Origin: an uncultured delta proteobacterium | GTDB lineage: Bacteria > Myxococcota_A > Polyangia > Polyangiales > Polyangiaceae | DNA length: 64,000 nucleotides | Assembly (NCBI GenBank): GCA_963841435.1 | Contig: CAWJCS010000006.1 | Coordinates: 704,001 to 768,000 of the forward strand | Direction: 5' to 3' | Shown: positions 9,267 to 19,154 of the stretch, in pieces | How positions within the stretch are numbered: position 1 is the first letter of the stretch | Layout of the letters: the number at the start of each line of letters is the position of its first letter | Program-made: the position numbers and the translations under genes | The notes under the pieces: model-generated | Told to the model about the DNA's origin: nothing | What the model saw: the letters and a program-made list of their open reading frames with translations, nothing else | The model's database searches: none

Positions 9267-11285
9267 ATGTCATGCTGGCCCCACCAGAGCCTCTGGCGAG
9301 GCGTGCTTGTCGCATCGTCGGCCGTCGTGCTCGTGGCCTGCGGCGACGAGGGCCCGCAGGGCTCCTCTGCGGCGGGTGGGCAGGGAGCGAACGGTGGCGG
9401 CTCGGGTGCGGCGGCGGCCGGCACCGCCGGTAGCCTCGCTGGCACGGGCGGGGAGAGTGGCGGCGCCGCGCGCGGCGGTGTCGGCGGAGCGGCGGGCAAC
9501 GCGGCCGGAGCGAGTGGCAGCGCCGCGGTGAGTGGCGCCGCGGGCGCGGGGGCCTCCGGGGGCGGTTCGGGAGGTGTCGGTGGCGCAGCGGGGGGACTGG
9601 GCGGCAATGGGGGTAGCGCCGGCGCACAGGCGGGGAGCGGCGCGGGCGGCATGGCGGGCGACGCGGGGAGCGGCGCCGGGACCGCCGGTGGTGGCGTGGC
9701 AGGCGCCGCGGGAGCGGCGGGCACGGGCGGCGGCTCGGGAGTCTGCGCACCGGGCGCGTCGAGCGCCTTCTACGTGGACGCGGTGAACGGTGACGACGCT
9801 GCCGACGGGCGAAGCGAGAGCACGGCGTGGCGCTCGCTCGCCAAGGTCAACGTGACGACGTTCTCGCCGGGTGACGAGCTTTGCTTCCGCGCCGGCGGTT
9901 CCTTCACGGGCTCCCTCCACCCGCTCGGCTCGGGCACACTCGCGGCACCGATCGTCATCGGCAGCTACGGCACGGGCGAGATGCCGAAGTTTGTCGCGGG
10001 CGCGAGCGATCTCGACACCGTTCTGCTCTTGAACCAGTCGTACTGGGAGGTCAACGGCCTCGAGGTCACGAACGAGAAGAGCTCGCTCGGTGACGTGCGC
10101 GGCATCGCGATCCGCGGCAGCAACGCGGGGACGCTGTCGCACATTTACGTCCGCGGCTGCCACGTCCACGACGTGACGGGCGTGGTGAACTGGATCGGCG
10201 GCGATACGGCGGACAACGCGCCGGGCGTGACGTTCCAGACCGGCTGGGACGCCTCCAAACGCACGGGCGGCATCGTCGTCGAGGTCGACGCGAAGAACGG
10301 CACGTCTCAAAAGACCAAGTTCGACGACGTGCGCATCGAGAACAACGTCATCGAGGACACCTCCTTCGGAGGCATCATCCTGAAGCAGCTCGACGGTACC
10401 GTGCACTGGGGCGTCAGGAGCTCGAAGAGCGACTCGACCTGGACGCCCCATACCAACGTCGTCATTCGCAACAACTACCTGAGCCAGACGGGCACGAGCT
10501 ACGGCTGCAACACCATTTACGTCACCGACGTTCAGGATGGGCTCGTCGAGGGCAACGTCACGAAGGGCTCGGGTACCTCGGCCATCGAGCTTTACTATAC
10601 GGATCGCGTCACCGTGCAGCACAACGAGACGTTCGGCACGGTACGCAAGGCTTCGGGCGCCGACTACAACGGCATCGACTCGGACAAGGCGAGCACGGGC
10701 ACGATCATCCAGTACAACTACGTTCACGACAACGGCGACGGCATCTTGCTCGCGCAGTTTTCCTTCGGCGATTCGGTGATTCGCTACAACCTGATCGTCA
10801 ACAACAGTCGTTATGGCATCAATCTGCACTCGGACACGTCCGCCACGAACGCCACCTACAACAACCTATTTTTCGCCGAGGGCCTCGCCAGCGCCTCTCT
10901 CGTCAGCACCTCGGGCGACGGCAGCGCTCTGGCCGCGACTTACGTCATCAGCAACAACATCCTTCATACCACCCGCACGTCCGACGCCGCCCGAACGGGT
11001 AGCGGTGTGACGTATCGCAACAACCTGTACAGCGGGCTGCCCGCCGTCGCGGGTGACAGCGGAGCCAAGACCGGTAACCCGATGTTCGTGAACCCGGGCG
11101 CCCGACAGAATGGCGATCAGAGTGGCCCGGCCTTCGCGTCGCTCACCGGCTTCGCGCTCATGGCGGGCTCTCCGGCGCTGAACGCCGGAGTCACGATCGC
11201 CGACAACGGAGGCATGGACTTCTTCGGCACCGCACTCTACGTCGGCGCGCCGGACATCGGTCCGTACGAAGCTCAGAGCCCATGA
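9267..11285 (+). CDS. Lipoprotein with right-handed parallel beta-helix domain (polysaccharide lyase/hydrolase-like), Gly-rich linker
   Basis: Lipobox LVAC; FYVDAVNGDD...AWRSLAKVN, repeated I(Q/R)YN and ENN turns, C-terminal DFFG...PDIGPYE. Confidence 0.8.
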   Translation: MSCWPHQSLWRGVLVASSAVVLVACGDEGPQGSSAAGGQGANGGGSGAAAAGTAGSLAGTGGESGGAARGGVGGAAGNAAGASGSAAVSGAAGAGASGGGSGGVGGAAGGLGGNGGSAGAQAGSGAGGMAGDAGSGAGTAGGGVAGAAGAAGTGGGSGVCAPGASSAFYVDAVNGDDAADGRSESTAWRSLAKVNVTTFSPGDELCFRAGGSFTGSLHPLGSGTLAAPIVIGSYGTGEMPKFVAGASDLDTVLLLNQSYWEVNGLEVTNEKSSLGDVRGIAIRGSNAGTLSHIYVRGCHVHDVTGVVNWIGGDTADNAPGVTFQTGWDASKRTGGIVVEVDAKNGTSQKTKFDDVRIENNVIEDTSFGGIILKQLDGTVHWGVRSSKSDSTWTPHTNVVIRNNYLSQTGTSYGCNTIYVTDVQDGLVEGNVTKGSGTSAIELYYTDRVTVQHNETFGTVRKASGADYNGIDSDKASTGTIIQYNYVHDNGDGILLAQFSFGDSVIRYNLIVNNSRYGINLHSDTSATNATYNNLFFAEGLASASLVSTSGDGSALAATYVISNNILHTTRTSDAARTGSGVTYRNNLYSGLPAVAGDSGAKTGNPMFVNPGARQNGDQSGPAFASLTGFALMAGSPALNAGVTIADNGGMDFFGTALYVGAPDIGPYEAQSP

Positions 11286-11467
11286 CGGCGTGGTGCGGCC
11301 TGTCGCGTTTTGCTTCAAACTTCTGAGGCAGGTGGGAGCCAGTCAACCGCACGTCGGGCCTCACGGGAGAGATGAAGTGCCATCGTCATGGCGTGCGGCG
11401 CGCCCGAGGCTCCTGCCTCGACGCTGGACCGTGCGGCGACTAACCTTGGTGCTCCACCGAAGGTCTG

Positions 11468-12763
11468 ATGTTCCGGGTTGCGTCGAGTTCGGGTAGCGCG
11501 CTCGTGGCGCTCGTCGTCTTGTTCGCTGGCTGCAGCGACGGGGCGGAGCCGCGCAGCAACGGTGCGGGGGGAGCGGGCGCGGGCGCGTCGGGAGCGAGCG
11601 CGGGAACTGCGCCAGCTTCGTCCGGTGTGGCGGGTGGCGGCGACGGCGCTGGCGGTCTCGCTGGCAGAGGGCAGGGTGGCAGCGGAGCGCCAACCGGCGG
11701 CGCCGCCGGCAAGGCGGGCTCAGGCGCGAGCGGCGCGGCGGGGGTCGGCGCGAGCGGCACCTCGGGCAGCGGCGCAGGCGCCGGCGGCGGCTCGGGTGGC
11801 GCCGGCGGTGCGTCGAGCGGTGCGGGCAACGGCTCGGGCGGGGACCTCGGCAACGGCGGCTCGGGCGGCGGGCCGCCCGGCAACCTGACGGCCTTTTATC
11901 TCGATGTGTCGGGGAGTGTGATGGCGGTTGACATAGCGACGCACGCCGTAAGGACCGTCGTGCCGGACGCCGGCCAGGGCCCGGACGGCATCGCCCTCGA
12001 TCTGCCGAGCGGCCACCTCTACTGGACGGGCATGGGCGTGCCGGCCAACGACGACGGGTTCATCATGCGCTCGGACCTCGACGGCAAGAACATCGTCACG
12101 ATCGTTCCCGCCGGAGGCACCCACACGCCCAAGCAGCTCAAGATCGACCACGAGCACGATAAGCTCTACTGGTCCGATCGCGAAGGCATGCGCGTCATGC
12201 GCGCGAATCTCGATGGCTCCCAGGTCGAAACGCTCGTCACGACCGGTACGACCGCCGCCGACCGCCGCGACAACTCGCGCTGGTGCGTCGGGATCGCGCT
12301 CGATCTCGAGGGGGGCTACTTTTACTGGAGCCAGAAGGGTTCGGACAACGGCCACGTCGGCTCGCTGCGTCGCGCGCCCATCACCATGCCTGCCGGCGAG
12401 GATTCGACCGATCGCAGCGACATCGAGGTGCTCTTCTCGGGGCTTCCCGAGCCCATCGACATCGACCTCGATCCAAAGAGCGCCTTCATCTACTGGACCG
12501 ACCGCGGCGACGACACGGTGAACCGCGCTCCCATCGAGATCCCCGAAGGCGCGACCGCCGACACGCGTGCCGACCGCGAAATCCTCATCGAGGGCGTGCG
12601 GGAAGCCATCGGCGTGACACTCGATCTCGACGACGGTGAGCTCTTCTTCACGGGTGGCACGCTCGGCCGCGTGGGCATGGCGAGGCTCGACGGCACGAGC
12701 CAAGTGGATCTCGCGAACGGAACGGCCGGGCTCACGGGGATCGCGCTCGCGCTGCTACCGTGA
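11468..12763 (+). CDS. Lipoprotein with YWTD (LDL-receptor class B-like) beta-propeller, Gly-rich linker
   Basis: Lipobox FAGC; repeats LYWTGMG, LYWSDREG, FYWSQKG, IYWTDRG followed by RANLDG-type segments. Confidence 0.8.
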   Translation: MFRVASSSGSALVALVVLFAGCSDGAEPRSNGAGGAGAGASGASAGTAPASSGVAGGGDGAGGLAGRGQGGSGAPTGGAAGKAGSGASGAAGVGASGTSGSGAGAGGGSGGAGGASSGAGNGSGGDLGNGGSGGGPPGNLTAFYLDVSGSVMAVDIATHAVRTVVPDAGQGPDGIALDLPSGHLYWTGMGVPANDDGFIMRSDLDGKNIVTIVPAGGTHTPKQLKIDHEHDKLYWSDREGMRVMRANLDGSQVETLVTTGTTAADRRDNSRWCVGIALDLEGGYFYWSQKGSDNGHVGSLRRAPITMPAGEDSTDRSDIEVLFSGLPEPIDIDLDPKSAFIYWTDRGDDTVNRAPIEIPEGATADTRADREILIEGVREAIGVTLDLDDGELFFTGGTLGRVGMARLDGTSQVDLANGTAGLTGIALALLP

Positions 12764-12764
12764 G

Positions 12765-14999
12765 CTACTCCCCCGTGACGGTGATGGACTCGAGCTCGAG
12801 CGCCCCCGCGGCCCCGCCCGCGAGGACGCGCAGCGCCTGAACGCCCGCGGCGAGCATCGCGCCGGACGCGAGTGTCTCGCTGGCGAATGCTCCCTCGGTC
12901 GCCGGCAGGGCGACCTGGCCCGTCGCGTCGGTACCGCCGAAGGAAAGTGCGAGCGTGCGTCCGGCGTCCGCCGAGTAGCGAACGTCGAGCCGGTAGGCCC
13001 CCGCCGTCGGCACGTCGACCGTGTACGTGAGCCACTCGCCGGGCTCGAAGTCCGTGACGACGAGCTCCCCGTCGGAGCCGCACCGGATGTCGACATCGTC
13101 CGCGCGATAGCGTCCGCCGCCGTTGCCGGGCGAGACGTCGTGGTACGTGTGAGCCTCGCCGCTCACCGGGAAGAAGTCGAAGTTCGTCGCGCGGAGCGTC
13201 GCCGGCAGCACGGGCAGCGCGAACGCCGGCACGCCGTCGGCGAAGCCCGCCAGCGGATTGCCCGCGCAGAGCGGGGGGCGGCGGAAGGTGAGCCCGCCGA
13301 AACCCGGATGATCGAGGCTAAAGCCGATGGTTTCGGGCCCGGACTGGTCGAGGGCCACGTCGCGCGCGCGCTCGGTCCACAGCGTCTCGCTGGCCGGCGC
13401 GCCCATCCGCACCTGGAAATGCGCGAGCGCCTGCTCGAACACCGGGCGCTTGCCGGGAAAATCCCCGCGGCTCACGCCGACGAAGTCGCTTTCGAAGTGA
13501 GGGTTCACGGTCTTGGAGCGAAAGCGCCCCGTGCGATCGGTGCGCACGATGAGCTCACTTTCGGCCGGCTCCCACGGCGCTGGCTGATCCGGGAACGCGG
13601 CGATGCTGGATACGTTGTAGCGCGCCGTGAACTCGAAGCCCTTGAGCAAACGTCCATCGAGCGCGTTCCACACGCCGTCGCCCTGGTTCCACGCGACCTC
13701 GGCGATGCCCGCAGCGATGCCGAGCCCGAAGAGCGCATGCTGCTGGTCGCGCGACGACTCCTGACACTGCCCATTTTCCCAGACGTAGTGCTCGAGCACG
13801 CCATTGTAGCCAAAGTCCGGTGTCGAGCTCTCGGGTGAGTACTGGTAGGTCGTGAAGTACTCGTTGTCGTCCGTCTGCGCGCCCGAGGGCGAGGGGCCCG
13901 AGGGGTAGGGGAGATCGTCCGCGCGGTGCGACTCGCCCTCGAAGTAGCGAAGCGCCCGCTCGAACATCACGCGATTGTCCAGGAAAACCCCCATGATCAG
14001 CATCGCGCGCCAGGCGATGAGATCCTGATTGCCGTGCCGACCGGGGTCGCCGTCGACGATGCGCCAGTAGAACGTGCCGTTCGTGTCGCTCACCGACGGG
14101 GGCACCGCCGTCTGCGAATAGCCGGGGTACACGAGCATCGCGGCGAACGCGTCGCGATCGGCTTTCGCCCACCCGTCGTAGGTGCTCTGGATGATCTCCG
14201 CCGCCTCGAGAAGCTTGTACGCGAAGAGCCCTGCGTTGAGCGGGCCCGTCCCACCGGGCACGAACAGCGTGAGGTTTTTCCAGGTGTCGAAGATCTCGAT
14301 GCACTTTTCAGCGTGCCGTTCGTCCCCCGTTACCGCCCACATCAACGCATTCAGGTAGGCGGCATTGGCGTCCGACTCGAACTCGGTTCCGTGTGTTCCG
14401 CCTCGCTCGACGCTCGACCAGCTCGGGTCCCCGCGCACCGCGTACGATGGGCTCGCGTGGGGATCCGCGCGCAAGAGCTCGAACGACGCGGCCCACGGCT
14501 CGATTCCCGCCTCCACCTGCATCCGCATGCGCTCGAGATCCGAGCGCTTGTGGAGCCCGCCTGGATGCACGAACGCCTCACTATCGAGCGCCGGATCGTC
14601 AGCGCAGCTGGCCGCGCCGCCCGCGCCAGCGCCGCCCGACGCCATGCCAGCGCCGCCCGACGCCGTGCCAGCACCGTCGCCCGCTGCCCCGCCCGCGCCA
14701 CGACCGGCTTGCTCCGTGTCGCCGCCACCGCCGCCAGCGCCGACTCCGCCCGCCCCGCTCGACCCCGACTGCCCTGCGTCGCCTCCGCCCGCCCCGGCCG
14801 CCGATCCACCCGCGCCGGCCGCGGACCCCGCGCGCGCTCCGTCGCCCGAAGCGCCCGCCGTCCCGGCGGCCCCGCCCGTAGCACTCGACGACGCCGGCTG
14901 CGCGCGCGAGCCGCAGCCCGCGGCCAAGGCCGCTACAGCGAGCGCTCGAGCACCGAGACGGCGGGGCACGTCCTCATGGTTGCTCCTCCGCTGCTTCAC
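12765..14999 (-). CDS. Lipoprotein with alginate-lyase-like (alpha/alpha) domain and C-terminal CBM6/35-like module
   Basis: Lipobox AAGC; FVHPGGLH, GQCQESSRDQQH; C-terminal GEWLTYTVDVPTAGAYRLDVRY. Confidence 0.72.
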   Translation of the reverse strand: MKQRRSNHEDVPRRLGARALAVAALAAGCGSRAQPASSSATGGAAGTAGASGDGARAGSAAGAGGSAAGAGGGDAGQSGSSGAGGVGAGGGGGDTEQAGRGAGGAAGDGAGTASGGAGMASGGAGAGGAASCADDPALDSEAFVHPGGLHKRSDLERMRMQVEAGIEPWAASFELLRADPHASPSYAVRGDPSWSSVERGGTHGTEFESDANAAYLNALMWAVTGDERHAEKCIEIFDTWKNLTLFVPGGTGPLNAGLFAYKLLEAAEIIQSTYDGWAKADRDAFAAMLVYPGYSQTAVPPSVSDTNGTFYWRIVDGDPGRHGNQDLIAWRAMLIMGVFLDNRVMFERALRYFEGESHRADDLPYPSGPSPSGAQTDDNEYFTTYQYSPESSTPDFGYNGVLEHYVWENGQCQESSRDQQHALFGLGIAAGIAEVAWNQGDGVWNALDGRLLKGFEFTARYNVSSIAAFPDQPAPWEPAESELIVRTDRTGRFRSKTVNPHFESDFVGVSRGDFPGKRPVFEQALAHFQVRMGAPASETLWTERARDVALDQSGPETIGFSLDHPGFGGLTFRRPPLCAGNPLAGFADGVPAFALPVLPATLRATNFDFFPVSGEAHTYHDVSPGNGGGRYRADDVDIRCGSDGELVVTDFEPGEWLTYTVDVPTAGAYRLDVRYSADAGRTLALSFGGTDATGQVALPATEGAFASETLASGAMLAAGVQALRVLAGGAAGALELESITVTGE

Positions 15000-15050
15000 G
15001 GATCGCGATTCTTCGACGGAGCCCGCGCGCCGAGCAGCGGGCGCGCTCCG

Positions 15051-15548
15051 TCAGGGGCAAATCGCGATCGAAAATTGACCGTTGACGGTGTTCTGGGCGT
15101 CGAATTCGATGAACGCGCCGCCCACGATCTCGGTCTGGCTGAGGGAGTTGACGACGATGTGGCCCTTGGTGGCGCCCAGATTGTCGTTGGTGACCGGATC
15201 GTAGAACGTTGCCGTGAGGGTGAGACCCAGGGGATGATCGCCGAGCGTCTTGGGGATGGTGAGCAAGAGCTCGCGGCCGTCGGAGATCTGCCCCGAGCAG
15301 GCGGAGATGGAGACTTCGTAGCCGGTGGCCCAGTAGCCGTCGCTGTCGGACAGGAACGCGTCGGTATCGGCGCTCACCATCGTCCACGCCCGGCCCGAGA
15401 TCAGTCCCGCGAGCGGCGTCGACTCGATGGCCGTGTCCGCGCCCGCCGCGTCGTCGTCGTCGCCGCTGCTGCTGCACGCGGCCGTGAGCGGCAAAAAAGA
15501 CACCACGAGGCACCCGAGCGCGCTCCTCGAACGTGAGATGAAAGTCAT
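15051..15548 (-). CDS. Hypothetical lipoprotein
   Basis: Lipobox TAAC followed by SSSGDDDD; good codon bias; GAAGG RBS upstream. Confidence 0.7.
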   Translation of the reverse strand: MTFISRSRSALGCLVVSFLPLTAACSSSGDDDDAAGADTAIESTPLAGLISGRAWTMVSADTDAFLSDSDGYWATGYEVSISACSGQISDGRELLLTIPKTLGDHPLGLTLTATFYDPVTNDNLGATKGHIVVNSLSQTEIVGGAFIEFDAQNTVNGQFSIAICP

Positions 15549-15573
15549 GCTTTCTGCCCTTCCTCTGCGAATA

Positions 15574-15885
15574 CTAAGGTGTCGGCCGATGCAACGTGAG
15601 CATCACTATGACGCTCACGAGGAGCATGAGCACCGCCGCCCCAACCCACATGGCGTTCGCGCCTCGCGGTGCACCGGCAGGCACCTTCACGGCGCGCGGC
15701 AATGTCTTCGCAGCGCGCGGGTTGGCTTCGGAGCCCGTGGGTGGGGGAGAGCCGGCCGCGGGGCGGATGGCGGGAACGCCCGGGGGCGGCGGCGGATCGC
15801 TTCGCCCCGTGCGCACGGCCATCGTGTGCTTGCTCTGCGGTGTTTCGGGAGTCGTGTCGTGCTCTGAGCCCTTGTGCTCGGCCAT
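15574..15885 (-). CDS. Small Pro-rich protein with single C-terminal transmembrane helix
   Basis: GAGGAG RBS before MAEHKG; hydrophobic AMWVGAAVLMLLVSVIVMLTL near the C-terminus. Confidence 0.55.
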   Translation of the reverse strand: MAEHKGSEHDTTPETPQSKHTMAVRTGRSDPPPPPGVPAIRPAAGSPPPTGSEANPRAAKTLPRAVKVPAGAPRGANAMWVGAAVLMLLVSVIVMLTLHRPTP

Positions 15886-16196
15886 GGAAAGAACTCCTCT
15901 TCGTGCGCGCCGCGTCCGCTTCGCTGGACTCCAAAGTTCGACTCCGGAGCCCTTAAGAATACGCCCATTTTCCCCACCTGGGGAACGGGCTTTTTCGACT
16001 TGATGTCGACACGTTCGTTCAGGTGACGAATTCGAGACGGCTCGGGACGACGAACGAGAGCCCAGGAAAATCGCCAGTTCGAGGCCTCCGGGTGCGGCGC
16101 GGGCCATAACCCGGGGCCGCGGGCGCGGGTCGCCGATGTGTGCGCGGGTGGGAGAGTCCGTCGGCGCGCCCCGGACGGTTCCGAGCCCTCGGGTGC

Positions 16197-17132
16197 TCAG
16201 CGCGCGCGCAGGTAGTCGCTCGGTGCCGTGCCGTGCGCCGCGCGGAACACACGGTGAAACTGTGCGTAGCTGCCGAATCCCGCCGCCCGCGCGACCTTGA
16301 TGAGGCTGTGCTCGCCGCTGTCGATGAGCTCACGGAAGCGGTCGATGCGGAGCCGATTTCGGTACTCGACGAGCGAGGTGCCGAGCTCCGACTTGAACAG
16401 GCGAACGAGCCGGCTGATGCTGATGCCGAGGGTGGCGGCAATCTCTTTGCCCGCGAGGGCCGGGTCACGCTCGAGCATCTCCACGGCTTCGCGCAGCACG
16501 GGATGCTTCGCCGTCGCCTGGCGAACGCTCGCCGCAGGGGCAGGTTGCCCGAGGGTCTGGGCAATGGCAGTCGCGACGAGCGAGCAGAGCACCGCGGCCC
16601 GGGCCTGCTTGGCTTCGTCGATGGGTGCGCCGCTCAGCGCCGGGTCGTTGTAGAGGATGCCGAGACGCTTGTGCGCCCAGCGAATTGGGGTGCACGCGAG
16701 CCAGCCCCTGCCGGCGACCTCCGTCGAGCTCTCTCTCTGCACGACGATCGGGCAGTTCTCGAGCACGGTGAAGTGCCTGCCGCTCTCGGCGCGCTCGAAC
16801 ACGTCGAGCACGCCCTCGCCGACGTCGAACATCACGTGGCGCTCGTCCGTCGTCATGCCATCGAGGCCCGTGCCGAACGTGCCAAGCATGTGGCTCTCCT
16901 GCTCGTTCATCAAAAAGATGCTCGCACGCTGAAAACCCACGTGATTTCGCGCGAGCTCGACCGCGTGACGGCAGACGGCGTCCGAGTCTCCAAGCGTCAG
17001 CAAGGTGTCGCAGGCCGAGAGCAGGCTCGCGATGTCGCTCTTTGGCGCGCTCGTCACGAGCACCGGCTCCGGCGCCCGTTTGCCGAGAATCACCGACCAA
17101 TCAACCGAGCGACGAGCCACCACGAAATTCAC
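16197..17132 (-). CDS. AraC family transcriptional regulator with N-terminal GAF-like domain
   Basis: GFQRASIFL...ACTPIRWAHKRLGILYND (GAF-like); C-terminal IAATLGISISRLVRLFK and VARAAGFGSYAQFHRVFR (AraC double HTH). Confidence 0.88.
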   Translation of the reverse strand: MNFVVARRSVDWSVILGKRAPEPVLVTSAPKSDIASLLSACDTLLTLGDSDAVCRHAVELARNHVGFQRASIFLMNEQESHMLGTFGTGLDGMTTDERHVMFDVGEGVLDVFERAESGRHFTVLENCPIVVQRESSTEVAGRGWLACTPIRWAHKRLGILYNDPALSGAPIDEAKQARAAVLCSLVATAIAQTLGQPAPAASVRQATAKHPVLREAVEMLERDPALAGKEIAATLGISISRLVRLFKSELGTSLVEYRNRLRIDRFRELIDSGEHSLIKVARAAGFGSYAQFHRVFRAAHGTAPSDYLRAR

Positions 17133-17150
17133 CTCAGGCTAGCAGTTTTT

Positions 17151-17611
17151 TCACTGATGGGTCTCGTCGCCGTTGAGACGCCGTCCCGGGACGAAGCTTT
17201 GTCCCTCGACGCGGCCTACGTCCGCACTTTCGATCCCCGCGAAGGCCCTCTCTTCGTCGCCGTCGATCCCGAAGGTGAAGCTAGCGAACCAGAGCAGCAC
17301 GAGGCGCAGGCCGTGTCGCCGCGCCCCGTCGATCGCGCGATCGACCAGCGTGAAGTCGAAGCCACCTTCCTCGGGGCTCGATGAGCTCCCAGTACGCGGG
17401 CACGAGAAGCCGTGTTCGCTCCGAGCGCGAGAAGGCGTGGCCACGCGGACTCGAGGTGCGCTTCGGACGACGCCCTGGAATTCGCGAGCTCGCCGCCGAG
17501 GACCAGGAAGGGCTGGGGAGCCGCCGCGTTGCCGACGACGAGCTGCGTGGCCGTGCCTTTTCGGCGCAAGCGTGGGATGTCGAGGAAAGGCTCGGCTGCC
17601 TTTTCACCCAT
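17151..17611 (-). pseudogene. Internally deleted, frameshifted GH35 beta-galactosidase (GH35+DUF5597 type)
   Basis: Three frames join to give IPRLRRKGTATQLVV..PFLVLGGELANS..LGANT / LLVPAYWELIEP / EEGGFDFTLVD..LRLVLLWF, then directly the C-terminal GRRLNGDETHQ motif. Confidence 0.8.
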
Positions 17612-17726
17612 AACCCCGGGGTAGCCCAGGACAGGCGCTGCGAAAATACGTTGCCGCCCGTGCGTGCGCCGGCCCCGACGCAAAGCGTGACCGAAACGGC
17701 CCCGCGGAGGTCACCCTGAACCAACG

Positions 17727-18887
17727 ATGTTCATGGACGGCCCCCGCGTGCTCGTGGTCCTCGGCACCTCGGAGGGGTGGTCCCGCGGGATTCTCCGAGG
17801 GCTGTCCTCGATTTCCCAGGGGAGCGGCTGGCAGCTCATCCACTATCACCCGTCGGCCGATCTCGACTGGCTCTCGAGGGAGTGGGCGCCCGCCGTCGCG
17901 GTGATCGGGCCCGAGGCGACCGGCCGGGTGCTGGAGGCGCTGAGCTGCCCGGTCGTCTCGGTCAATCTCGACCGCAGCCCGGACCGCATTGCGTCGGTGT
18001 GGCCCGACGAGGAGCACATCGCGGATCTGGCTCTGCGCCATCTGTCATCACGCGGGCTCGAGCACCTCACGACCTTCCGCTTCTCGACGTTGGCGTTCGC
18101 GCTGGCACGCGTGCGTGCGTTCGAGGTGCGCGCACGCGACGCGGGCGCCCGGCTCGCCCCCGGCTTTGGGCCCGACCCTGCCGATCCGAGGCGCCCGGCG
18201 GAAGACCCGACTCAGCTCGTTGCCTGGCTGCGTGCTCTGCCGCGCCCGTGCGGCGTGTTCGCCTGCTGCGACGCGTGGGGGCGCGTCGTCGCGCGCTACG
18301 CCCGTGCGGCGGGCCTGCGCGTACCCGAAGATCTCGCGCTCGTCGGCGTGGACAACGACCCGGTGGAGTGCGAGCTCATCATGCCGCCACTCTCGAGCGT
18401 CGCCGTGCCGTGGCATCTCCTCGGCGAGGAGGCGGCCAAGCTCGTCAGGCTGGCGCTCGCCGGCAAGGACATCCAGCGCAAACGCCGCGTGGTATCGCCT
18501 GTCGACGTCGTCGCCCGTCGCTCGTCGGACGTTCTCGCCGTCGATGACCCGCTGGTTCGGGGTGCCGTTGGGTGGATTCGCGAGCACGCTGCCCAGCGTT
18601 TGAGCGTCCCCATGGTGTCTTCGGCCGTCACGAGCAGCCGGCAGCGTCTCGAGCGACGATTTCGAGCTGCGCTCGGTCGGACGGTGCAGCAAGAGATCCG
18701 TCGCGCACGCGTCGAAGCCGTCAAGGGCGTGCTCAGGTCCACGGCCCTCGAGCTCGGCGAGGTGGCAAAGCAGACGGGCTTCGCGAGCGCCGCGCTGCTC
18801 AGCGTGGTCTTCCAGCGCGAGATCGGCATGCCGCCGGGCGCCTACCGACGCCGCATGCGAGACATAGATGATGCGATGGCCGACTGA
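17727..18887 (+). CDS. XylR-type regulator (LacI/periplasmic-binding domain + C-terminal AraC HTH)
   Basis: LPRPCGVFACCD, VPEDLALVGVDND, PPLSSV, VVARRSSD, LERRF, VAKQTGF...F...GMPPGAYR. Confidence 0.9.
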   Translation: MFMDGPRVLVVLGTSEGWSRGILRGLSSISQGSGWQLIHYHPSADLDWLSREWAPAVAVIGPEATGRVLEALSCPVVSVNLDRSPDRIASVWPDEEHIADLALRHLSSRGLEHLTTFRFSTLAFALARVRAFEVRARDAGARLAPGFGPDPADPRRPAEDPTQLVAWLRALPRPCGVFACCDAWGRVVARYARAAGLRVPEDLALVGVDNDPVECELIMPPLSSVAVPWHLLGEEAAKLVRLALAGKDIQRKRRVVSPVDVVARRSSDVLAVDDPLVRGAVGWIREHAAQRLSVPMVSSAVTSSRQRLERRFRAALGRTVQQEIRRARVEAVKGVLRSTALELGEVAKQTGFASAALLSVVFQREIGMPPGAYRRRMRDIDDAMAD

Positions 18888-19154
18888 CGCTACTCGGCGA
18901 GGGTGAGCAGACCGAGCCTGTACTCGTACTCGTAGTATTGCGCGGGGATCTGTTTCGGGTTCGACGCCCTGATAGAGAAAGCGCAGGCAGGGAAGGGAGA
19001 TCGTCGGCGTCTGGTCGTAGTTGTCGCGGAGCATCTTCATTCCCGCGAGATAACGTGCCTCGCTCGGGTGCTTCAACGGAGCAGGATGACCCAAACGAAC
19101 AATTGCGGCTAACGCGATTCGAGCGTCGGTGCTCGATGGCGCTCGAGCCGGTCG

